Below, piece by piece: positions 19,339 through 27,397 of a DNA stretch of 64,000 bases; positions within the stretch are counted from its first letter, which is position 1; every line of letters starts with the position of its first letter. Origin of the DNA: Candidatus Bathyarchaeota archaeon (lineage in GTDB: Archaea > Thermoproteota > Bathyarchaeia > TCS64). The DNA lies in the NCBI GenBank assembly GCA_963769425.1, contig CAVYLP010000004.1, forward strand, positions 192,001 to 256,000, in the 5' to 3' direction. Under the pieces are notes generated by a model that made no database searches, was not told where the DNA came from, and was given only the letters and a program-made list of their open reading frames with translations. Made by a program: the position numbers and the translations under genes.

Positions 19339-20378
19339 CCAAATTGGAAACCAAGCTCGTCCTCGATGGGAATGGATCTCTATCTCGGCATGGAGAAGGG
19401 CTGTTTTGTCCTAAAAGACAAGAATGGCGGGATCAACAGGTATCCCTTATTCGAGCAGGAAATAGACGAGGTTATATTGAAAAGTGGTAACAGTATTTCG
19501 ACGGGGGCTTTAGCTTCATTCGGCTTCTGGGATATCGATGTTATGGTGATGACCTCTCGGGGTCGCCCGGTCGCGATGCTCAGGAGCTTCGATGATGATT
19601 CTCACGTTGAAACTAGAGTAAGTCAGTACAGGGCGAGCCTTGATGAGAGAGCCTTCGAGATTGCAAAGACTCTCGTAATTGCGAAGCTTGAGCCAGAATA
19701 TTCTCCTGAGAAAATATGGTCTTGAGCCTCATGATGAAAAATTCAGGGATCAGGTAGAGAAAAGCGATTCGAAGAATCTAGTCTCGTTGAGGCAGAGGCT
19801 TACAGGGATCGAAGGAAAATACACTCAGAAATATTACTGGGAGATATTCAATCTACTCCCCGAGAAGATCCGACCAGAGAAGAGGGAAGGTTTCATGGCT
19901 TATGATGGAGTTAACAACCTCTTCAATCTGGGCTATGAGGTTCTAGGTTGGAAGGTTCACAAGGCTCTCGTTAAGGCGAAGCTTGAGCCCTATCTCGGTT
20001 TCCTTCATAGTAATCAGATGGGGAAGATGAGTCTCGTCTGTGATTTTCAGGAGATTTACCGATATCTGATTGATGATTTTCTGATCAAATACTGCAAGAG
20101 AATTGGCAGGAAAGACTTCGTCACAAAAATAGAGGTTATAAATAAGCGTAGGAGGGGAAAAAAGAGAGTATCTCAATAACTCGGATACAAAGTCTCTCCT
20201 TGATGAATTGAACGCTTTTTTCGAGTCCATTGTTGAGGTTAAGAGGATCAGAAACGGAGAACATCAGACAATTGAAACACTCATTAATGAAGAATCTTTA
20301 TTATTTGCTAAATATTTAAGAAATGAACGAATAGAATGGAGTCCTCGAAATTGGGTGGAAAATAATGGATCTTTTTAG
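19335..20378 (+). CDS. cas1: Stand-alone Cas1 integrase (casposase-like), three frameshifts near 19380, 19690 and 20160
   Basis: TTG overlaps the upstream TGA; G(S)YLGMEKGCF, ISTGAL, RVSQY, GIEG (Glu), NNLFNLGY, PYLGFLH (His), SLVCDFQEIYR (Asp/Glu); about 345 aa reconstructed. Confidence 0.9.
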
Positions 20379-21275
20379 ACTAAAACTTAAAATTAAGTTT
20401 TTCTTAAAGGAAAGAAAAAACTAATTGCTAAGGTACTCAGTATTGGGTTAATTATATTATTTGGCGCTTTATTTTTTTACCTCGGTTCGAATTCTTTATT
20501 GTACTACTATAATCCACCTATTCATAAAATTAATTCAATGTATCAAGGCTTTTCAGTTGGATATAATTCCACAAGGGATTTTAGACCCAACCAAGTAGAA
20601 ATTATGATAACGCCGAATAATACTCTTAACGAAGTAATGATAACAACTAAATTTTATGTCACTATTAAGAACAATGGTACATATAATATTAAATATTTAC
20701 TACCTTTTCATCTAATTAAATTACCAAATAATAATACTAGAATTATATATAAAAATTATTCTCATGGAGTTATTATAGGGACATCAAGAGAATATCAGAA
20801 CATACCAAAAAGTGAATCAGCAGAAGTAAATGATGTCATCATTTTTTCTTTTTATTCTAATGATACATTTATTAGTGGAGAAAAAGGTAAATATTTATTA
20901 GTTTTACCATTTTCATATCCTGATTATTCGAGTAAGGAAATTAACCTGATAAATGATAAATTTGATATTCCATTTATTATTTCAAACCTAACTAAGACTA
21001 TATCTATTAACTTATCAAATCAATTTATTATTACAAACTCCATTCCTAATTATAATAATGGTCCCAATTATTCTAATTACACATTTAATGTTAAATGGGA
21101 AGCACCGAAACTACAAACTTTTAGTTTATATTTAGATTCGCCAAATGAAATTGAATCTTATAATTATACTTTATTTTTAGGAGGTCTTTATGTCGGCATA
21201 GGAATCCCTTTAACTATTCAAGGAATAATCGAATGGATTAAATTAATTATTGAATCACTAGATAAAAATTCTTGA
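20365..21275 (+). CDS. AT-rich membrane-anchored hypothetical protein (cargo)
   Basis: Frame of the 20499 ORF extends upstream through a TM segment (LIAKVLSIGLIILFGALFF); ATG 20365 needs one homopolymer indel; C-terminal TM. Confidence 0.6.
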
Positions 21276-21354
21276 AATCTTTCATTACCCTTTCTTAAAT
21301 TTTTTAATTTCAAAATTGAAGGTTTTATATTTAGTTTATTACCTTTATCCAATA

Positions 21355-22095
21355 ATGGCGGAAATTGAAAAAGAGCATCAAGCTAGACTGGACAAATTAT
21401 TTAAAAAGAGAGAAAAATTACATGGATATAAGATATTAACAGAGTTAGAATCATTAAATAGGACATATTTTATTGTTGAGCATAATTTTGACGATTTAAT
21501 GGAATATATTAAAAAATGTCAAAACGAGTTAATATTTGAAATATTTGAAAATGGACAAATAGCAAATAATACTAAATTGGAAACTTTACGCCTATTACAC
21601 AATTATTTGTCCAGTATACAATCTTTAATAAATCATATAAGAAAAACTAATAAAAATATTGATAGTAATGAATTAAATGAATATTATGAAGATGAAATGA
21701 TTAAATTTTCCAAAAATAATTTGGTAATTTTTATTAAAAATTTTCGAAATTATATACAACATTTTAAGATACCTTTACTTGCACAACAATTTCATATTTC
21801 TAAATTAGAAAACCAAAAAGTTTTGACAATGGAGGACATAGATGCGAGAAACGCTAAATTTGAATTCAATACATTCTTAAATAAAAAAGAATTATTGAAA
21901 TGGGATAGATGGAATAGACAATCAATAACTTATATAAAAAAATATATAGGAAAAAAAGAACTTAAAACCATTATTTCTGAATATCAAAATATGAATAGTA
22001 AACACTATGAGGATTTTTGTGATAAAGTATATGAAATATATAAAAAAGAAATAGATATAGTATATAATATAAATGTTGAAATTGATAATCTATGA
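21355..22095 (+). CDS. HEPN-like (RxxxxH) putative ribonuclease
   Basis: RLLHNYLSS..SLINH and FIKNFRNYIQH motifs; helical N-terminal part. Confidence 0.6.
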   Translation: MAEIEKEHQARLDKLFKKREKLHGYKILTELESLNRTYFIVEHNFDDLMEYIKKCQNELIFEIFENGQIANNTKLETLRLLHNYLSSIQSLINHIRKTNKNIDSNELNEYYEDEMIKFSKNNLVIFIKNFRNYIQHFKIPLLAQQFHISKLENQKVLTMEDIDARNAKFEFNTFLNKKELLKWDRWNRQSITYIKKYIGKKELKTIISEYQNMNSKHYEDFCDKVYEIYKKEIDIVYNINVEIDNL

Positions 22096-22224
22096 TAATT
22101 CATCCCATTATTCTTATTTATTATTATATATGAAAAAAATCAATCAGATTATTTAGTAATGCCCAAATAGAGTTAATTACCTAAAATTACAATGTAGTGT
22201 GTGATATACGTGATACGGTGATTT

Positions 22225-22420
22225 GTGTAGGAGAGTATAAGGGAATAGAAGAGAATAGAGGAGAAAAAGTGAAAGTTAGTTCGTGAGCAGATGAGAGGGG
22301 GTTTGGGGGATAAGACTTTAGCCCCAAATCCAAGTCTTTCTTTCCTCCATTACTACCTAACACTAACTCCCTACTCTCTTACACTCTTCCCCCCGCTCTC
22401 TCTACAACCAGACAGACAAA
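22225..22420. repeat. End motif copy B: palindrome GGGGATAAGACTTTAGCCCC (22306-22325) with purine-rich left arm and pyrimidine-rich right arm
   Basis: Left arm ends GATGAGAGGGGGTTTG like copies A and C; right arm CCCCAAATCCAA is the inverted counterpart of copy C. Confidence 0.85.
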
Positions 22421-22516
22421 CGAACGAATAATTTTAAAAAAGGGAGTTGATATGTTCTAAGAATTAAGCAAAGTGGCAAATACTGTGCTAATACGTTATT
22501 GTCGGTAGGACACACA

Positions 22517-24458
22517 ATGACTCACTTTCCAAACCTTTTCAGTACGATGAAATTAGGGCCCTATGTGTTAAAGAATCGGATTGAATCCGCGCCTATGGGA
22601 ATGCATGGCACACCAGAAGGATACCTGACCGCTGAGAATGCAGCATATTATGAGCTCCGGGCGAAAGGCGGGGCAGCCATCGTCACCCTTGGGGAAAGCA
22701 TGGTGGATTCAAAGGGGACATCTCACGGGAGGGTAACCCCGCTGGATGACCCGGGGATCCTGCCCTCCCTGATCAACACAACAGACGCGATTAAAAGACA
22801 TGGTGCCATCGCCTCAATCGAATTACTACACGCAGGAATCCGGTCGGGGACACAGCGGCCAGACGACCCAGTATACGGCCCAAGCGCGGGGACATCCTTC
22901 TACGGCAAACAGATCATCGAGATGGGGGACGCGGAGATCGACCAGGTCGTGAACGCCTTCGGAGACGCGGCCGAGATGGCGAAGATGGGCGGCTTGCAGA
23001 TGTGCATGATCCACGGGGGCCACGGCTGGCTCCTGTCGCAGTGGTTCTCCCTCCTGCACAACCACAGGAAAGACAACTTCGGGGGAAGCATCGAGAACAG
23101 GGCACGCATTGCATTGATGATCATCGAGGATATACGGAAAAAATGCGGTCCGAATTTCCCGATCGAGATCCGACTGAGCGGCGATGAGTTTACGGAGGGC
23201 GGCATGAAGCTAGAGGAAACGGTTGAACTCGCAAAGGTGCTAGATGGTAAAGTCGACCTGATCCACGTATCCGCGGCGACCTTTAATGACCGAACCGCAG
23301 GCCTCAGGATGTTTCCCAGCGTGTTCCTCCCCCGGGGCTGCAACGTGTATCTCGCCGAGGCAATCAAGAAAGCCGTGAAGACTCCAGTGGCCACAGTCGG
23401 GTCATTGAACGATCCCGCCCACATGGAGGAGATCTTGGAGAGCGGAAAGGCGGATGTGATAACCCTGGGAAGGGCGCTTCTGGCAGACCCCTACCTACCG
23501 GAGAAGGCGAGAAAAGGGGACGAGGAAGACATCACGCCTTGCATCCGCTGTAATTACTGCATCAGTCAGAACTTTACTCCCTATGTGAAATACCCAAAAG
23601 GTGTCGCCAGGTGTGTTGTCAACCCGATAATAGGCCGGGAGTATGAGAGCCGGTTTGTCCAAGTGAGCGGCGGAAAGAGGAAGGTGATGGTGGTCGGAGG
23701 CGGACCGGGAGGGATGCAGGCCGCGATCACGGCCGCGGACCGGGGACACGAAGTGATCCTCTGCGAAAAAGGTAAACGACTCGGCGGGACGCTGCTATAC
23801 GCCGAGCATGAATACTTTAAAGAGGACATAAAGAAGCTGACCGAGGTACTGATCAGGCGGGTACAGAAACGGCCGATAAAATTAATGATGGATACGGAAG
23901 CCACGCCTGAGGTCGTTAAAGAAATCTCCCCCGATGTTCTGATAGCCGCAGTGGGAGCCGAGCCAATCATTCCCAACATACCCGGAATAAAGAACAAGAA
24001 TGTGGTTGTCGCTGCGAGCATGTATGATGAAGCACGCCATCGGCAAGAAGGTGGTCGTCATAGGAGGCGGGCTGGTGGGCTGCGAGGAGGGGCTACACCT
24101 CGCCCACCAGGGCAGGGAAGTGACCATCCTGGAGATGCTCGAGAAGGCTGCGCCGGAAGCACCCTACCTGCACTGGCTGGGGCTGATGAAGGAGCTCGAA
24201 AAGAGTGTCCGGCTGGAGACACGCGCAAAGGTTACACGAATAACGGAAGAGGGCGTGTTCGCAGTAAATGAAAAGGGAGAGGAACAGTTCTACGAAGCGG
24301 ACACGGTACTACTGGCGGTCGGGCTTAAGCCGAGAACAGAAATGGTTGAGCCCCTGCGAAACTGCGCACCGGATTTCGTAGTGATAGGAGATTGTCTACG
24401 GCCAGCAACCGCTATGGAAGCGATACATATGGGCTATTTCTCCGCCATGAATGTCTAA
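22517..24458 (+). CDS. NADH:flavin oxidoreductase (Old Yellow Enzyme / 2,4-dienoyl-CoA reductase-like), frameshift near 24025
   Basis: LKNRIESAPM, HGGHGWLL, CIRCNYC Fe-S motif, VVGGGPGG, second VIGGGLVGCE in the next frame. Confidence 0.9.
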
Positions 24459-24558
24459 AATTTCATTTAATCTCTATAAATACAATCGTGATAGGTCTCC
24501 AGTAAACAGACAGACGAATTACAGTTTAGCTTTGTTGTCGGCAACTCGATGTATGCTA

Positions 24559-24993
24559 TTATGGATAGAAGTGCACTATTTTTTTCGGCACGACCCTTAA
24601 CGTGACCTGAGTCTTATCATCGAACTCTGAAATGAAAGATGACTCCCTATGATATTTACCCCACACCCATTGCACATACTTGTTATAACCCTCCTCCGGC
24701 TCAAAGCCAAGCTCTGCCAATCCGTAAACCAATGCACATCTAGATGGAGTATCACCTTCACCAAGTTTTGACCCCTGCATGAGGAATGAGAGGGACACGT
24801 TATTGTTTCGCTTGATGTTCTCTACTCTTTTTGATTTCTTTATGGATACGAAGTAGAAGACATTGTCTTTGTAATTGTACCATATGGGGGCAGCATGGAT
24901 GGTGCCATCCTTATTGTGACTACAGAAAATTGTGGTGTAAGATTCCATAAATAAGCTATGCACGTCCTCTTTGGTCATCTTGTTGGTACTCAT
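24559..24993 (-). CDS. Pyridoxamine 5'-phosphate oxidase-like split-barrel flavoprotein
   Basis: NKDGTIHAAPIWY, SKRVENIKRNNNVSL, LRVVPKKI. Confidence 0.8.
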   Translation of the reverse strand: MSTNKMTKEDVHSLFMESYTTIFCSHNKDGTIHAAPIWYNYKDNVFYFVSIKKSKRVENIKRNNNVSLSFLMQGSKLGEGDTPSRCALVYGLAELGFEPEEGYNKYVQWVWGKYHRESSFISEFDDKTQVTLRVVPKKIVHFYP

Positions 24994-25155
24994 GAAAGTT
25001 ATATCCCCATATTGCTGACAGGCGACTCGATAATAAAGCAATACTCAAGAACGCGTCGTTCAAATAACATCTACGTTCTCCAGGTGCAAACATGTGTGTT
25101 TGTCCGGTTATTTCCCTATAGTTCTAGAGAAAATATGAGAGAATAAGATAAGTAA

Positions 25156-25191
25156 ATGAGGTTTGGGTTTGGGGGATACGGTTTTATCCCC
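25156..25191 (+). repeat. End motif copy C (ATGAGGTTTGGGTTTGGGGGATACGGTTTTATCCCC), right boundary of the island
   Basis: Perfect GGGGATA/TATCCCC inverted arms; preceded by a purine-rich tract; host-like DNA follows. Confidence 0.85.
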
Positions 25192-25226
25192 GGCTGTCTT
25201 CTGGTGGCGGTGGCTAGGCGTCTGCT

Positions 25227-26444
25227 GTGTCCGGTCAATCGGGCGAGGCTTCAAGTTACCGGTGGGCTGTACTCGGTATCGCGTGGCTCAGCTACCTAGC
25301 CGTCTACATGGTGCGTGTATCTATTCCTCCACTTTCCCCTTTCATAGTGGAGGAGCTTAGCCTCTCGAAGACGGATGTGGGGCTCCTCGTTTCCGCTGGG
25401 GCTATCGGTTACTCGGTTTTTCAGCTCCCAGCTGGATGGCTCATCGACCGATTCGGCGTGAGAAAGATGCTTGTGACCAGTTGCTTCGCCGCTGGCGCGA
25501 TCATCAGTGCTATGTACTTCGCGAGCAATTTTCCGATAGCCTCCGCAGTCCTATTCCTCGGAGGCTTCGGTTACGGCTGTTTTCCAGCCGTGGCGACGAA
25601 AGCCTTGCTAACATGGTTTCCAGTGAACGAGAGGGGCACAGCGGTTGGCCTACAACAGACGTCAATAAACGCAGCGGGGATAATCACCGCGGTGAGCCTA
25701 CCCATCTTAGCGGAGGCTCTTGGGTGGCGCTTCGGATTCATCGGCGTCGGAGCATTCTCAATGATCGTTGCAGGAGTCGTCTACATCTTCTACAAAGAGC
25801 CACCTGCCGTACAACTAGAGCCGTCGACTCGTAGGAAAACGAGCCTTGCCGACATGAAGGAGGTAATATTCAACAGGAACATATTGCTCGTGAGCGCATC
25901 CTGCATAGGCTTCATGGCGGTCGACTACTCACTGACCACCTATCTAGTGATTTACCTGAAGGAGTCCGTGGGAGTAGCGGTCGCCCTCGCCGGAGTCTTC
26001 CTAGCGCTAACAAACATCGGCGGCCTCATGGGGAAGCTCTTCTTCGGCGTCATGAGTGACCGGTTCTTCGGGGGAAGCAGGAAGAGGCCGTTACTACTCG
26101 CCGGGGGCGTTATGCTCGCTATCTCCATCGCCGTTCAGGCTGTGAGCCCAGCGTCCCCAGGGTGGCTAATTGCCCTAATATTCGGCGTTTTCGGCTTCAG
26201 CGCCATCGGCTGGGGCGGGATGAACCTGATCCTAGTCTCGGAGTCGACGAGGAAGGAGAACGCGGGACTCGCAATGGGTTTCTCGCTGATGATCCTGCTC
26301 ATCGGGAACATCGCTGGTCCACCGATCTTCGGGTACATAGTTGACACGACGGGCTCCTACTCGCCGGCATGGTGGTTCCTGACTGCGTGCAGCATTGGAG
26401 CCGTTGCGCTAATGTCGCTAGTGAAGGAGAAGAAAGAGGGCTAA
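25227..26444 (+). CDS. MFS transporter
   Basis: GWLIDRFGVRK motif A, WFPVNERGTAVG, about 12 TMs. Confidence 0.92.
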   Translation: MSGQSGEASSYRWAVLGIAWLSYLAVYMVRVSIPPLSPFIVEELSLSKTDVGLLVSAGAIGYSVFQLPAGWLIDRFGVRKMLVTSCFAAGAIISAMYFASNFPIASAVLFLGGFGYGCFPAVATKALLTWFPVNERGTAVGLQQTSINAAGIITAVSLPILAEALGWRFGFIGVGAFSMIVAGVVYIFYKEPPAVQLEPSTRRKTSLADMKEVIFNRNILLVSASCIGFMAVDYSLTTYLVIYLKESVGVAVALAGVFLALTNIGGLMGKLFFGVMSDRFFGGSRKRPLLLAGGVMLAISIAVQAVSPASPGWLIALIFGVFGFSAIGWGGMNLILVSESTRKENAGLAMGFSLMILLIGNIAGPPIFGYIVDTTGSYSPAWWFLTACSIGAVALMSLVKEKKEG

Positions 26445-26446
26445 GC

Positions 26447-26674
26447 TTAGAACATCGGCTTTCTCTGGTTCCTGTTTACAGGCTTGCTCTCGGATTGATT
26501 TACTGGGAACTTTCTGGGTCCCTTGTTCTTGGCTGTGTCTTCGTGTTTGCCGGCTTGTTGTGGTGGTATGATTGTGCCGCAGAAGACGCAGGTGTGTTCC
26601 TTCCCCGCCTCGGAGGCTGGGATGGGGTTTAGTTTGCTGCACTTGGGGCACCTAAGGTAGGTTATAGTGGACAT
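26447..26674 (-). CDS. Small Zn-ribbon protein
   Basis: CPKC...CVFC. Confidence 0.65.
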   Translation of the reverse strand: MSTITYLRCPKCSKLNPIPASEAGKEHTCVFCGTIIPPQQAGKHEDTAKNKGPRKFPVNQSESKPVNRNQRKPMF

Positions 26675-26710
26675 CGCTTCTAGAATCGTCTCGGTGCGGG
26701 AAATGGGTTT

Positions 26711-27076
26711 CTAGAGGCTTAGTCCCTTCTCCATTATCTCGAGGGTGTGGCCGTCCGGGTCCTTGAAGAAGGCGATGTTGCCCCCGTTCATCTGGACCTT
26801 CCTGAGTTCGAGACCCATGGATTCAAGCTTCTTGACCTTAGCGTTCCAGTCGTCGACGTGCAAAGCGAGGTGGGTCCAGTTCCCGCTCGGGGCTGGGCAT
26901 GGCGAGCCGGGGCGCTGGACGAGTTCAAGTAGCCCTTTTCCCATGTCGAGGACAGCGATCTTCGCCTCGCCTGATGTCCAGCTGGTCTTTTCTTTCCACC
27001 CAAAGATGTTCTTGTAAAAAGCTAGGGACTTCTCAAGATCCTTGACGTATACTCCGCAGTGGTCTAGGTATGACAT
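26711..27076 (-). CDS. VOC/glyoxalase family protein
   Basis: DHCGVYVKDLEKSLAFY, HLAL, FFKDPDGHTLE. Confidence 0.9.
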   Translation of the reverse strand: MSYLDHCGVYVKDLEKSLAFYKNIFGWKEKTSWTSGEAKIAVLDMGKGLLELVQRPGSPCPAPSGNWTHLALHVDDWNAKVKKLESMGLELRKVQMNGGNIAFFKDPDGHTLEIMEKGLSL

Positions 27077-27118
27077 GGGGATGGATACGGGGTGTTGGGT
27101 AGATGAGGTTTTCTTGTC

Positions 27119-27262
27119 TCAGCGGCACAGACGTAAGAGCATTCCCTGCCTCCAATACCTGAGGAGACCAGCTTGTTTGTAGTTCTGGAAATAGGGGCAC
27201 TTCTCAACCTTCTCGCACTGGTAGCACGCATTCCTCTTCTCGTTTTCCCTTGGAGGATCCAT
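27119..27262 (-). CDS. Small Cys-rich protein (47 aa)
   Basis: MDPPRENEKRNACYQCEKVEKCPYFQNYKQAGLLRYWRQGMLLRLCR*; fills the gap, same strand as its neighbours. Confidence 0.5.
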   Translation of the reverse strand: MDPPRENEKRNACYQCEKVEKCPYFQNYKQAGLLRYWRQGMLLRLCR

Positions 27263-27397
27263 CGTTATGGGTGTCCCGCATGCTACAATGGATATAAATC
27301 GAATTCAGCTTCCGAAAGCAGAGGAGACCGAATGTGTCTCCAAAAAGAAATAAGGAATAAGTAGAAAAAATCCGGCTTTGCATTACAACTTGAGCCT

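Larger units (their letters stand above)
14420..25191. mobile_element. Tandem array of Cas1-solo (casposon-like) elements with cargo
   Basis: Two cas1 copies, three direct copies of a palindromic end motif (15400, 22290, 25160), AT-rich cargo, abrupt return to host composition after 25191; left boundary undefined. Confidence 0.65.

Noticed and set aside
19335-20378. Programmed frameshifting in cas1
   Set aside because: Three separate shifts, and similar indels in many unrelated genes, favour sequencing error or decay.
14300-25200. Canonical CRISPR array or cas operon near cas1
   Set aside because: No regularly spaced 25-45 bp repeats with short spacers, and no cas2, cas4 or effector genes were seen anywhere in the window.
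25192-25215. Target-site duplication flanking the whole Cas1 island
   Set aside because: GGCTGTCTTCTGGTGG was not found near 13-15 kb by eye; the left end appears decayed.
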